DNA from: Tubulanus polymorphus
Taxonomy: Eukaryota; Animalia; Nemertea
Direction of reading: 5' to 3'
NCBI RefSeq assembly: GCF_964204645.1
Contig: NC_134031.1
Span: forward strand, 2,976,001 to 3,040,000
DNA: 64,000 bases
Both the position numbers and the translations under genes were made by a program. Below the pieces are notes generated by a model, which worked only from the letters and a program-made list of their open reading frames with translations, ran no database searches and had not been told where the DNA came from. Of this stretch, positions 25,101 to 39,165 are shown piece by piece. The first letter of the stretch is position 1, and each line of letters begins with the position of its first letter.

Positions 25101-26695
25101 CTTTCAAATCCTTTTTGCTAATTTTATTTTCAAATACGCACGTTATATCGATCCATTTTTTTCGTATCAAGCGCATCAGAATGAATGGTTTATTGTTTAA
25201 ACTGCGGTGGCGAAAACATGTTTACGAGTTCTTGCTACCGCTCGCCACCTGTACGATGGGCCCGTGAACAAACAAAATCACCCAGCCCCCAAACTTCGAT
25301 TACGGCGAACGGGCTTTTTGTCTGCGGCGCGCTCGCAACCGATCTCTGTTCGACAGCGCCATAGTGAAATACAATCGCAGAAACAAACACAAAGCCCCCG
25401 TATTTCAGTCGCGTAGTCAAATATAATGATAAAAATCAGAATTTACCCAGGCGTCAGTCGCATGCGGTTGCTATAGGAGGGTCCTATTGTGCGGTGATGC
25501 GCTGCCACAGGTAGTCGTGTTGACCGTTGGCAGGTGCATGTATATCAGTGCACAAGGCAAGCACGGCTGAGATTACATAAATTAGAACGTGAAATCAAAG
25601 ACCGCAAGTCGCTGACGAAATTTTCCATTGTCGCTCGTCGAAATATTAGAATTGTATAAATAGTTCTGTATAGAGAATGGTGGCTGATTTTTATGAATCT
25701 AGTTTTTCGGAGGAGGATTCTTTTTTCAAATTTCGTCTATTCAAATCGTTTGTGCGCGTACAGACGTTTGAATGGACGAGTCGAGTTTCTTTGACTATAG
25801 TCGCCACGACACGCGGATCGTCTGAAATATATTCGTTCGTTTCTAACGGGAAGTGTTCCCAATTACGCCGTGAATGTCGACCGATTTTTCTATAGTCGAG
25901 GGAACGCGCAGCCTCAACCGAAATCAACAAAAGCGACTCTAAAATAACTACCAATTTTGCGTCTGATTTACGATCGTTCGAATAGGTTGGGGGACAGAAA
26001 TGATTGCAAACGTATAAAGGCCTTCAGGCCAGTTTTACAAAAATGGTTTGAAAGTCTTAATTCCATAAGTTCGTTATTAATCTAACCATGGACTCTAAAA
26101 CGATTCCTTTTAGAGACTACGATCAAACCATGCGATTTTAGAGTTGATCATTTTAACGTAACCAACCCCTTGACGAATGCGTTCCACGCGAATGTCGCAA
26201 AAAGTCGATAATTTCTGGAAACCGAAAAACAAATTCATTCGCAACAGACTTGACGCTATTAAATGTGTCCTATATGACGTGTCGTCTAAATATCACTGCT
26301 CCAAAATACACGCCGTAACTGCATCATCGTTTCGCTTTTCCATTAGCTTTTCGAGTCCATTAATTATTTCGCTTAGTTGATGTGTAAAATTGAATTTGAG
26401 CAACGGGCGACCGACGAGTAATTGCGTTAAGCGGGATTTGCCATTCTGATGATGGGCATGATCTGCGGGACCGGTTGAGCAATTTATTGAAGGTTTTCTG
26501 ATTTAGCGCTAATTCACACTAATGGCGATATCAAATATAACGCCGTAAAAGAACCAATTCGGTCGCCAGACTTCTGGGAATAGCGATTTGTGCGGACGAC
26601 CTTTGTGTATGCGCCGAAATGGGCCGAAGATCGATTGACTTTATTAAGCCGGGGAGATGGCACTGGAGTATGAACGAAGGGTTAAACATTCCATA

Positions 26696-26850
26696 AAAAA
26701 TGGCTGACCTCTAAATCCCCATATATCAAATTGCTTAATGGTTATGTTCATATGATTATAAAATTTTTCCGAAAAACATGGCCGACATGATCCAATAACT
26801 GGCAGGCAATTTGGTGATGTCATAAGGGGCTAAGAAGGCGGCCATTTTAG
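26696..26850. repeat. Dispersed inverted-end repeat (AAAATGGC...GGCCATTTT); related copy ~35757-35962
   Basis: Shared layout: AAAATGGCT..CCCC.AT at one end and TGATGTCATAAGGGG...GCCATTTT at the other. Confidence 0.4.
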
Positions 26851-29800
26851 TTAAGATATGCGCTGAAAATGAGTGCGTATTCTGTAACATTTTTGGGATT
26901 CGAACTCATGTAATAAAGGACCTATCGTCTGCCGATTCGAACTATTTTCCGAACCGGTCGTTTCCTCAAGTAACCCTGATTAAACCAATGACCAGATTGT
27001 CCCAGCGGGTTAATGGATACTCTAGTCGTATTGTCTGACGGTGGAATTCGATCGGAATCACGAGCGCAATAATTGCCTGAAATCCTCGTCCGGGATTTCC
27101 GATCAATCGTCCCGCTGAAACGACCAGTGACAACAATATCGCTGTCTGATTGCCGTTTCGAGTGAGGATTTCAGTTTTAGATTCAATCAATCTGGTAGCT
27201 GGCGCGGTTTTGTTGATTGCTTCCCCATTCCAACCGAAGACGAAAGAGCTTTTTATGTTTATGTTCGACTAATGTATTGTTTCTGGCGGATGGTGATTTC
27301 TGTTATGTCCCTATCCGCATCTGGCCTGGCTCGTTACCCCGAATTAGACAACATACAATTACTAAATTACTAATTTTCGGAGCTATCCTTACTATGATAA
27401 TTGCGTCGGCGCGTATATAGTAAAGTACAGTACCCGTCCACTATACAGTCAGTTACACTTCAGTAGGTGTCCGTCCGGTCATTACAACTAGAAAATGACC
27501 GTTCGTAACGGTTTTATGGCCGCGTCATTAATGGCTGCAGATTACAGTCTGCCATGCAACATTCATGGCAATTAACGCCGACGATGAGGGGCTAATTCAT
27601 CCCTTGATAACCTACCGACTTTGATTGATAAATCAGTATATGAATATTAAGACCGCAATGATGTAATTTAGCGAATTCGTGTTGATTCTCATTAAGGCCG
27701 ACATCTACACGACGCGCCACGTTCACGCGAGTTAGCATTTTAGATTATACCGCGCCGGCGGTGTCGTTCCGTGGGGACCGCGCTGCCGTGCCAAGACGCG
27801 CCGAAGCCCTATTTGTCAGGGAGTCGGTATCGTCACCATATCGCCTGATTAAGAGATTTCGTTATTTGGTAGTTAGCGTCAAGGTGTTGCCGATTTTGCG
27901 CTCAGTGGCACGTTTGACTGATTTTCAGTCACGATATGCGGACACCTTCCTGTCGGGATGTAATGACTTTTTCGCTAGGTACCCCGCCAGCTGCGCACTG
28001 CCAGTAGAAGGTGAAGAAAATGTATAAAGCAGCTTCATCGAACTTTAGAAAAAGATTCGAGCTTTTCATATAGAATTATTCTTAACCTGACAGGATTTTT
28101 TCCCTAAATGAATTTAACTATTTGATCAAATAACTTCTCGAACGGAATTAAACCGTTGAATAATGACTTTTCGTTTTTTCCTCTTCCATTCAACACCAAA
28201 CTACGGGGATTCGCCTACTGCAGGGCGCAGTCTGGCTTTTGGAAACAATCTAATAAGTTCATTTTTTCTTTCATTGTGACATCGGCTTTTATGTTTAGCT
28301 ACACGCCTGATGATATTGTGAATATGATCCCCAGTTTTCCAATGCTAATAAGTTTCGGGCAGATGTTCACGGACCATCTCTCATTGTGTATTACCCGGCA
28401 ATGTTGGCTGGGAGAAGATTTTTATGATTTATCTTGTCTGACCCGTAAAACGTCGAGCACCCGGACCGGCACGTTCGACCATATGGTTTTACGTGTCGAA
28501 ACAGAAGAGGCCCGGCTTCGAATGATTTCGTCAATTGGTGACTAGATTACAAGGCCGTGACAAATGTTTTCGCAATTTCGGGTGCGATTTAACCATCCCG
28601 CGAACATGGTTCACTCTCGTCCCGCATCATTCGAAACATTAAAAACCGCAGTTCTGTGTCTCGCCTTTCGCTCTGTCATTCAGTTTACAAAGGGAGTGTA
28701 ATCGTAATAGCTAAAAACGTATCGCAGGCTCTGTGTTTTATATAGCCAACCTATTGAGGTCGTTTCAAATCGATAGGGTGTGCCGCCGACTTGTCCCCGA
28801 ATGTCCTGTTTCATCAATGCCGTCAATAGCCTACCCAGATTTTGCCATTTGCCACGTATATGTCCGATGTTAGAATTATTTACCAATAGGGGCTGTATAC
28901 AAGTTTAGAAATTGTCTTTATATCTGGGCTTGTTTATAACCAACACCAGCACATTCATTAACACTCCCTGTTAGAGTCATAGGAAATTTCTGTGGTCGGA
29001 TTTTCTCATTCCGGAATCTATGGAAGATGTAATAGACGGGAAACAAATAAATGGATTTTGTCGTTCTCGAGTAGAATTGAAATGATTAAAAAAAAATACA
29101 AAACAAGCTCCTTCATACAATCTGTTTCTGTAATATCAACGTATAACAATTGAGTATGTCCCGACGTTTTGTGTTCACGTCTCGGGCGTCCGTGATTTTA
29201 CATAAGTTTTTCAACGATAAATCATTTGCTATCGGTCTCACAATCAGCACCCCGAAAGCGAACCAGTCTTTTTTCTTTCTTCCATATTGTCTTACGTGCC
29301 CCCGTTTTTTTTTTTTTGTCGGGTATAGTCTCTCGACGCTGACTAAAGTCCGTTTGGTCACGGACGCAAACGCGTCGCGACAATTGTCCGTGCGATTTGA
29401 GCAATTGTAAAAAAGGTACCGTCTAGAACATCATAACGTATGCTAGGCGCCACCTTATCTGTGTTACATTGACCAAAAACATATCATTTTCGGCAAGAAT
29501 TGAAATACGCAGACACGACCACCTGATAGAGCACACAGATCGATACAGACAGATTTTTAACCGTTAGATTTGAATTCTCATCATCGGAGAGGTTGACATT
29601 TTGTAGCCGGTACGAGACCCGAATAACCTTGACCCGTCAATATATTTACGAAACACTCGTAGTTCCCTGATTGATACCCCGCAATCAGATACAAGAGGCA
29701 ATTACTTGTTTAGTTGTTTTCGAGTTTCTGCGGTTTTCAGGTGCAGCAGGAACGGTTGGAACAACGACGGATTTACTTTTGGAGTTTTGAGAATACGCCA

Positions 29801-31164
29801 ACAAGGATCGGTCCGTTTAGGCTACGAAACTGTGAACCAAGCTTGAGATAAGATTTGAGGCCAATTTTGCACGTAATTTCGGAGTTAGGAACTAAGCTGG
29901 AGACGGAGTGATACTGAAATATATAGAAGATGGCTTTTGTTAATTTCTGTCAATATTCGTCATCGTTCATATTGACATTTTTTTCATTACGGAGAATCAA
30001 AATAGACTACATTGTTTCGAAGGTTTATGCAAATATAACAGTTGACGCACTACAGACAGTTTGGTTTATTGCCGAAAAATTACAGTCAATCAGTTGTTGA
30101 TATTCAAACAAATTAGATAGATCTAAACGTGCATAACGAGTCGATTTAAACCGCGCGGTTTCCGTGTGATTTATCAGATAATGCTACTAGTGGTATGCTA
30201 ATTACCGAGTACCGAAACTATGCGCCATGTCATCGGCGATCAAGTGGTCAATTACACGTCGTAAAACAAAGCGGGAAGCACCCTTCATCCGCCCCGTGAA
30301 CGCAATTACGATTTCTGACAAACTGCGATTTGTTCCAATTTCAGCGCGGCTCCACTAATTATAATCGTACACGATAACAGCCTCGAGAGGTAGCCATCGA
30401 TTTTACCATCGAAACAAAAATGTCCTCTTAAATATGAGATGTGCGTACTTTAAGGCGCGCACACGCGAATGGGCGGCCATACCACCGGCTCGAAAAACTC
30501 GAACAAAAAACTTATCGTCTGCTCACGAGGAGCGGAAAATGACGGTTCGTGAATGGCCATCGATATACGCTGATCATCGTCGAGTAAAAACAGCGTTTAG
30601 AAATCGCCGGGGAGTCATAAACCGCGAAACAAAACTACGTTAATTAGTATTTATTGTTTGCGTCTGTGTCGGGAAGCTCGTATTTTGCTGACGCCCGACA
30701 GCGAACCAGTACGCGGCACGTTCGCCCGAGTCCCTCGTACGTGATTTTTCGGGCCGATATAGTCCGGGCAATCATCGCCGTTTCATGACGGCGAATTTTC
30801 GTTTTGCGATCGCGGGCATACGGCGCACGCCGATTGGTCCGAATCGACCCCGGGTTCACCGGAAACAAACGCCGAGCGCTAACTCGAAAACCAAAATGTG
30901 CGTATTATACAATTCATTATTCTAAGACTGTTAGATTTGTTTGTCACCGGTTCAAAGATTACTTTCAAATATGCCTGAAAATACCGTCAACGGCACGAAT
31001 TTCGCTGTGGCTGTTTTGATTGATGAGACATTTTTTGTCGCGTCGTTGAAATCAAAATGGTCGGATATCTCTGTTACTAAGTTTTAAGAACTTCTTATTT
31101 TGTCTCGTTGTTATCAGATCCCTGAAAAGTGTGAACAATTCAAAATTCAGATAATTCGACCTAC

Positions 31165-31785
31165 CTGTGTGTATGTACGTATGTTTTTTCATGTCTGACT
31201 TCTGGTGGAATCTTTTGCCGCAGTATTGGCACGGGTAGGGTCTAGTATCGCTGTGAATCAGAAGATGCGTCGACAGCGTCGACGATCGCTTGAACGTCTT
31301 TCCGCATTGCTTGCACTGGAAACTCTTCTCTTGACTATGCACGGCCCGGTGCTGGCTCAAACTCACCGCGTGTCCGAAAGTTTTGTTACAGATGTCGCAG
31401 GCGAATGGCCGTTTACCGCTATGCGACCGACGCACGTGAACTTCAAGGCCGTGTGGCGTGCTGAACATCTTGTTACATTTGACGCATTCGTAATTGCCGG
31501 TTCCGCTGACTTCCAGTTCGGATTTCAGATCTGCCGGACTCGGTGGCATCTTCGTTTCGTACGGCGTCATGCCGGATGGCGGAATGCTGACCGGCGGTCT
31601 TAGTTTAGCGTTCACAGCTTCGTGTTTGAGCAGGGCGTTACGGTGCCAGAGAAAAGGGTTTTCCAGTTGAGTAGATAGGTTCTTCATCACCGTGTGGAAG
31701 TCTGTCGTAGCGAATGGTGACCGGTATATATCGGGATAGCCGAATTTGTGTTCGTTGTGTTTCATGAACAGTTTCAAATGCTCGC
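31165..31785 (-). CDS. Gfi1: Gfi1/senseless-family gene, coding exon 3 (linker + C2H2 fingers 1-4)
   Basis: cttcag acceptor, G|GTAGG donor, 621 nt, phase 1-1. Encodes [64 protein letters not shown] and [21 protein letters not shown], diagnostic Gfi1 fingers. Confidence 0.95.
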
Positions 31786-31901
31786 CTGAAGTGGAAGAAT
31801 ACACGATAAGATTAGTCATCTATTTCAATTTTTGAGAATCGGAATCGCCTTCAAGCTTCAACACAATTCCCAAATATTCGAAGCCACGGGTTTTAAGTGG
31901 C

Positions 31902-31949
31902 TTATTATTGTTGACATTTCATATTTTATTATTGTTGACATTTCATATT
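31902..31949. repeat. Exact 24-bp tandem duplication in Gfi1 intron 2
   Basis: TTATTATTGTTGACATTTCATATT x2. Confidence 0.9.
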
Positions 31950-32015
31950 TTGAGTTCATTTCTCTATTCAATCTTGAATCGATTTTACGTTTCGTGAAGA
32001 AAATGTGTATCTTAC

Positions 32016-32231
32016 CTGTATGAGCTGGAAGAGGACCGAATGCGTTGTACGCTGGAAGATCTTCAGGATTCCACGGCGGATAGAATGGAAAATACGGTTT
32101 TAAGTGTAGGTGACTCTCGTAAATCGGCGGCAGCCGATAGGGGGAGCTGAGTAACAAGGGTGACTGTTGCGGGCTGGCCGTACTGGCAGTAATAGGGCTG
32201 CTTCCTGGCTCCACGAGACCTTCGACAACTT
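32016..32231 (-). CDS. Gfi1: Gfi1/senseless-family gene, coding exon 2 (Pro/Ser-rich linker)
   Basis: ttgtag acceptor and G|GTAAG donor, phase 1-1, 216 nt, in frame with ORF 31858..32244 (EVVEGLVEPGSSP...GPLPAHT). Joins exons 1 and 3 in frame. Confidence 0.8.
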
Positions 32232-35055
32232 CTACAATGTACAAGAGATATAAACGATAAGATATACGACATCATAGGCCGCGTAAGGACGATTGCATTT
32301 TTTTCTATTACGATTTATATTGCTCATAAATAGCCAAGGGCTCAATAAAATTACGCGGCGACCGCCGTTTACAAATAAAGTGCTAAGATCTACGTCGCAT
32401 ACGTAGTATCGAATAAAATCTGTGTATCCCTCTTATTCCCCGACGAATGAGTCAGATTCCGACGCGTTCTCCGAGGACGAAATTTCAGAACAGCGCCGGG
32501 ACGGCCAATCAGGGTTAGATTTACTCGCCGTTTCGTTGTACTGTTAGTCGTTCACTTTGATGTCGTCTGCCGTGGTAATAATGCGTTTAACCCGGCGTAT
32601 GACAAATTCCGCGCTCGGTTTCCAACGGCGTTTATTTATACGATAAAAATGCATCGGGATAAAATCAGGATTGACTAATTTGCAATTGCGTAATTGGGAG
32701 GGTAATATTTCAATAGATAAACGGCAATTCTATGTTTAAATTGTTCTGAATATCTAGAAGGTAATTACTTTTTTTTTGATTTGACTGAATTAATTTGCAC
32801 ATTACGTATATATGATTTCATGTTTTAATGCGCGCTCTTTCATACGCGACATGTGCGCGCGTGTGCGGCCTTTAACCGGCACACGTAACGTTATACGACA
32901 ACACAGTACTAGAACAAATTCATGAATAATTTCATGAAAATATTTCAACATGTTATAGGCCTACATTTTATTATTCATCGAGTATTATGACGGCGGCGAA
33001 AAATTATACGGCCGGGGTTTCATTAATATTTGCGCGTAATTATCGGCTTCTGTGATTTTAGTAAGGTTTTAACTGTCGCGACACCTGTCGCCGGTGCGGA
33101 GAACGGCGCGTATACCGGGCAGCTGGGACCCTATGAATACATATATTGATACACATTGAACACGTTGTTGAATAATGCGCAATGCAAATTAGAGTCGGCG
33201 TATTGATAACATACGCGCAATTGGTTTAATTAAATCTCATAAAACGTGGAAGTCGCTTTTGCAAAACAATGTTTCCATCTGTGACGAGTGGTGATTTATT
33301 TTGATGGCGTTCGGCTTCGTATTGAAAGTTGTCGCACAATATTCGGCTTTAGGCGCGCACTTACAATAGCATCAAAGCCTTTTTTTATTGAAAACGCCCG
33401 GTATAGTTTTAAGGTTTTTACCATACGGTTCGAATTAATTGCGTGACTGGCTTTTCCTATGAATATGATTACGAATCTATAATGGAAATGTGTGTTTATT
33501 CATAATGCTGGTGGCATTTTGGATGGTCTACACGTATTTCACGTTAAGCTCCGGCCCGTTAACGAATACCATAATCATGTCATTCATATATATATATAAT
33601 ATGTCTGCGAAAAAAAAACCATTGATGAATATTATCGAAAAATCTATATTGACAAAAATCACACTATATCCTATCCTATGATATCATATGTCATTCGAGC
33701 TTTAGAACTGATCTGATTCCTCTCGGCTCGATATTATCTGGGACTCGAACCCTGCGCTATGATAGCGCTTGACTCGAAAGCGCGCGTATATTTGCACTCC
33801 AATTAGAGATGACAATTCGCGCAGACGTCGCTGTGAAGGGTCATCATTGACGACGAAGCCTGGTCTATAATTTTCGTTCAGTATCGCGCGAGCAGGTGTT
33901 AGTCATTGCGAATGTTTTAACAATCATCCCTCGTATAGAAATCATGTAATTTAATGCCTGAACATTACAATAATCCCATTGTATGCGATTCTGGCAGTTT
34001 CAATGATTTAGGAATCAGATGCAGTCATTTTCTATAAACTATGATCGCGGGCTAGTATTTTCGGAATAGATATCTTTAGAGTCGATGTCGGCTTCAATAT
34101 TACAGAAAAACATGATATACATATATATTTTTGTTCCTGCTTGCAAAAACTAAATATATTTCGTTATTGAATTCTAGATCGAGAGAAATGCGCCTCATAA
34201 GAGCGCGGGCCTCACGAAACAAAAATTTAAAGAACTACTTTATCACCTATAGTCTGATATATCAAATTGATCTGAATATTCATAGTCATAGAGCCTGATA
34301 GTCTGCATCGAGAGTCTGAAGCATCTCGTTTTTATCGTTTACACAATTTGCTTTTTAAATCTCTTTTTTGTCAATATTTGTATAGAGTATTTTCATGTTT
34401 TGATCGAGTCTGCTGAATTCTGGTGAATATATCAATGTATTGTATATAATATGCGCATACGTTTGACGTGTCACCACGAAATATGGTTTTGGTTTCTGTC
34501 AATATTTGAATTTCTACGAGAAAAAAAATAACAATATCGGAGTGTCAGCGAAAACTCATGAATTTTTCATCGAGTACCGCGTCGAAACTGATTTACTACC
34601 CGACGGCTGGTGAATGTATGAGTATAAATACTTGGCGTTCACGGCCACTTTCAAACGCGCAACGACGCTCGCGGAGAAAATTCGATAAATCGGCACCAAT
34701 TTCGAAATCTCGAAATTGGTTCGCCAGAATCGGAAAATGAAGCAAATATCGCACCGGCAGACGAGAGCGCACGAGAGTTAAACGCGATACGGTTGAGTAT
34801 GTGTAAATTGTGTTTGCGTGTTCGTCGAACGACTTGAGCGCAAATGAAGGGTGATAAATAATAAAGTGTCGTAGATTGTTTAAAAAAGCGACACGGTTTC
34901 GACACCTACAGTTTCGCCCTTAATAACTTATGAATTAATATAAGACTCGGCGTAACGCGACTTAAAGAACACAGGCTCGTTAGGTGACGGATTTGAAGAC
35001 CGCCGCCACAGGCGTTGCAGGGTCGGGGATAGAAACCGCGGGATAGCGAAGGGCT

Positions 35056-35320
35056 GGGGCAGTGTAGAGACACCACAAGCCCTGTTTATATCAGATTAGG
35101 GCTTGGAGCATTGACACCACAGATCACAGTGTGCTGCTCCGGGGCAGCGTAGAGACGACAAGTCCTGTTTGTTCTAGATTTATGGCTTGGAGCATTGCTA
35201 CCACAGCCAGTAGATCCCAGTGAAGTACTGAGGCCTGTATAGAGACCATATCCACGACTCTATGTAAAGGTCCTGAGAGCATAGAAATAACAATCCCAAA
35301 GATTTGCTTAGATCAGGGCC
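35056..35320. repeat. Degenerate ~85-bp tandem repeat (2 clear copies + partial third)
   Basis: GGGGCAG.GTAGAGAC..CAAG.CCTGTTT...AGATT..GGCTTGGAGCATTG..ACCACAG at 35056 and 35141. Confidence 0.7.
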
Positions 35321-36016
35321 TCGACGCGCATAAAGAAAAATTCAAAAAACTTGGAAACATGGTTTTCCAGCTGAAGACAGCGGTATCTAAATCAATGTCA
35401 CGCGCTGGGCGATGCTATATAAAGTCTAATCTATTTTCCGCGATTTCTCCCATTTTTGGCCGCCATCCATTAATCGTGCGCGGTATAAAATTGAATTCGA
35501 AGTCGATGAATTTTTGGCGTGTTTGGCGCCAATTAAAACCATCGCCGACTGCCTGGGAAACCGGCGAGGAATGTCCACCCGGGAACGCGTTAGATTAATA
35601 AGTTGACTGATTGCGAACCAAATCAGGACTGCTAGCATAAGGCATGAATTTGTCAAACGTTTGTCAGCGTCTCGATTTAGACCACGCAGCGAGATTTATC
35701 AACCGGCTTCTATTAAACTGCCATCTCGTAAGCTTAAATCTTAGACCGTTCCTTGAAGATGGCTACCTCATTTATTCCCCTTACGACTTCACCACCAAAT
35801 TGGTAAAATAATGATTTTGTCTGTAGATTTTTCTAGAAAACCTGGCTAAGATCCGGGCACTTATGATAGATAGTCTACTTTGATGATCAACGAGGCAGTT
35901 AGCTTTACTTGGAGGTTACTAGTATGATGACGTCATAGGGGGATTTTAGGAGATAGCAACCTTATATGGAAGGTGAATCGGTTTTAGATCTTAATATCCA
36001 CGATGAAACAATAAAA

Positions 36017-36177
36017 GTAAAATCCCACAATGGCTGGAAGACTAGAAACTTTATTGAAGTATTAGAAATATTTCGGGTGGTTCTTTTTGGACTGAAGAAC
36101 GTTGGTAGGAACCACCCGAAATATTTCTAGTATTCTTAAATAAACCTTTTAGTCCTTCGACTATTGTGGGATTTTAC
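36017..36177. mobile_element. PLE-type palindrome in Gfi1 intron 1
   Basis: GTAAAATCCCACAAT...ATTGTGGGATTTTAC termini, perfect 21-bp inner inverted repeat, central CTGAAGA...GAAATATT motif. Confidence 0.6.
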
Positions 36178-39165
36178 GTTCCTTGCACGGAAGGGTTTTT
36201 ATACGGAATACAATTTCTTTCGAAGCAACCATTCAACAAAAAATAAAACACGTTTCGACGAGTCGAACAAAATCACGACAATTACAATTGTAGCTGGTAT
36301 TATGGAGGCGATTTTCGCTCGGTAAATACTATAGAAAACGACTCCAATAGCTTAGTAACGAATCTCTATTATTTCTCGTGCGTCAAGGCACAATCGAGGC
36401 GTATTGTGTGTTTATATCGCGCCGGTGAAAGCGAGTCGTTGAGAATTCGTTACCGTGCGGGTCGAGTCGTCACGCTTAGCTTCGAAACCTCCTCCCGATC
36501 GCCACGGAAACGTATTCTATATATATATATATATATATACAAATGTGAAGGTGGAATATAATTGTGCAATTGAAACGCATATCTCACCCGTATCCCAACC
36601 GCAGCGAGGGCGAGAGCCTGTCGATATATTGTCCCTATATATTGTTGCTATAATACGTATCGAACGCCTTTGACTAATCAGAAAAACAACAGTCTTGTTA
36701 TAACAATTTTATGGCTACATATGAATGCGAGCTATGTTGTCAGTTTCGCGCGGGACACGTGTAGTTTTGAAAGGCGATGCGTATTTTTCAATTAAACTAT
36801 AGATTTCTTTATTTTCGCATCGTGCTTCAAACTGCCATTCGCGACACCGGCCCAGGCGACGTCTTTGTGCTTTGTTGCGATATATATGTGTGCTAGAAGT
36901 AATCGAGTCAAATCCGGCCCGTAGGTCTCACGTAGGCCACGTGCGGGCCAGACCTACCATTGGGTCTGGGAAAAAATCAGACGGATTTTAGTCGTATTAC
37001 TATATCAGCCTTTCTGCTCATATACAAGTTCATCGTTGATTCAGTGATAAAAACTGCCCGCATTAGATTTTTTTTTTGCTGAGAGATACATGAAAATAGG
37101 CTCATTTATCTCAAAATCTTGATACGCCATTTTTTTCTCATTTGCGAGACTGGGATATAAAATCACAATCGGACGCTTCGAAAATCGTTCGCGATAAAAC
37201 TCTGCTACTGACCAGTACACAGAACCGAATTTGACTGATCTATCTCGGCAAACGCCGAGTTCGATTTGGCGTTTAGTTGATGACCAGCGGGCAAATTGGA
37301 CCCTAATTAATGTCCCCGATGGGTCAGCACGAGCCACGGACTAGCGAACGACGGATGATGAGATAAAGATGACATAGCAGATAATATTGACGAGATGATC
37401 TCTATTTTGACATAATGTTACAGATTTTATCTGTAAGATCGGTCAATTCCAAGCGGGTGCGGTATTCATACACTCAGCGCGCGTGACTGTTCGCAAAAAT
37501 GTCACCGTTTTATATTCTAAACTGGATGATTGTGAGAACCATTAAAACTGGATTATGGATTTCAAAATAGGTTAAAACCGTTTGAAAACAGATTATCTAT
37601 GTGTATATTATATGAACATAATGTTTCTATTATGCAAATTCGTACGCACCGAAATTAGATTCATTTTCGAAAACCTAACAAATTGTTTCGAATCTGTTTT
37701 ATTTAGTAGCTTTAAGTAGGTTGCATTGATTAATGTCACCGTAAATTATAACGTATCATTGACACAAAACGTTTAATGCAAAGGGAAGTCTCAAGCTGCA
37801 CATGGACTCTAAAAACAAATTTTTAGATTTTTAGATTTTTGTCGCACGTGTTATCAAAAATACAAGAACTTATATATCAAGAATCGAATAGATGAATATA
37901 TGTACATAAAGAATGCCTGTCACGCTTGGCATCGGCACCAAACAAAGCGACGTCGGTTAGTTCAACATCCATTAAAGTTTCATCACGAATTTATCAGATG
38001 TATTTAATAGTTAGATCGTTTGCGCCGGCTCGCCGTCGAGTACCACCAGCATTCTTTTCGAGCCAGCGCCATTTTCGACTTTGAATTGTCGTCAGCTGTG
38101 GACATACAATTATTTTTAATTCGTGCGCTCTCGCGATTATTATCATGTTCGGTATAATAATGCGTAACTATAACGGGATAACTTCCCTTTCCCCCTTCAC
38201 CATTCTCTGCTGCGACTTATGAACGCGGACGCAAACAGGACTGGTTCTAAAACAAATAACGAGCGAATAGATGCGCGCATCGCGTTTGCCTGGCGCACGT
38301 GTCGGGCACAGAACAGGAAAATTGCCGTGTGGATGCTTTGCAATTTACAACGATTACGCCAATTATCTATCTATGAAAAGTATCCCGGTAATTGGACGAA
38401 CGTGAAGCTGTCTGTTGCGCTAAAATGCTAAATCATCTTTTTCCAGAGCAGACGGCTAGAGAATTTACTTCCCCAATAAGATTTAGAAATCGTTTCCATG
38501 TATCGAAGCATTAACTTCATATAATGTGATATATGTATTCTTAATGTCGGCATGAGAAGTTTACATATACTTTCATGGAGTCTGCCTGAAATTCAGATTT
38601 TGGAATAAAGAGAAGTCTTGATCTTTGTCCCTGGCCTCGCGGTCTTATATCTCTAGATGTATTTGTGTCAATACGTGATTCGCCTATTATTGTGTCACAC
38701 CAAAAATTATACTTTTGCAGATTTTTTTTTCGCCTGTTCCTCTCTCTCTCTCTCCCCTAAGTCAACAATTTGAAGAGCAGACCCTTGACGTCCGTAAAGA
38801 CTCGCCATTCATCCGGTGACAATGAAACCCAATGAACAAGATACCAAGATTATTTTCTTGTCTCATTCAACGCGCTGGCCTCCCGTTGATCGCTAGCCAA
38901 GAAGTTGCTTTTTCGAGGCGACCGAAAATGAATATGTTTTTAAGTCGAAGAATTGATGGACAGTTAGATAAATGCGTGCGAACTATTTCCCCCCGTATGA
39001 GATGACTCGTGTTACGTAGCGGCTTTGGGAGCCAAAGAAAAACCTATTTTTTTAAATCGATGAAAAAAGATAACGCTTATATCCATTCGGAATACTGCAT
39101 CAAACTACTTCAGATATAGGTTTAGATTTTCGAATTAAGAAAGAAAAAAAAGTCGTGTCTCTTAC

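Noticed and set aside
31205-31603. Plus-strand ORF (also 21809-22024, 61344-61794, 61826-62038, 62246-62497)
   Set aside because: Antisense shadows of real Gfi1 or gag coding sequence.
32500-32645. Internal promoter giving a SNAG-less isoform
   Set aside because: TATAAATA and CCAAT are present but in atypical order, and there is no convincing in-frame start; insufficient support.
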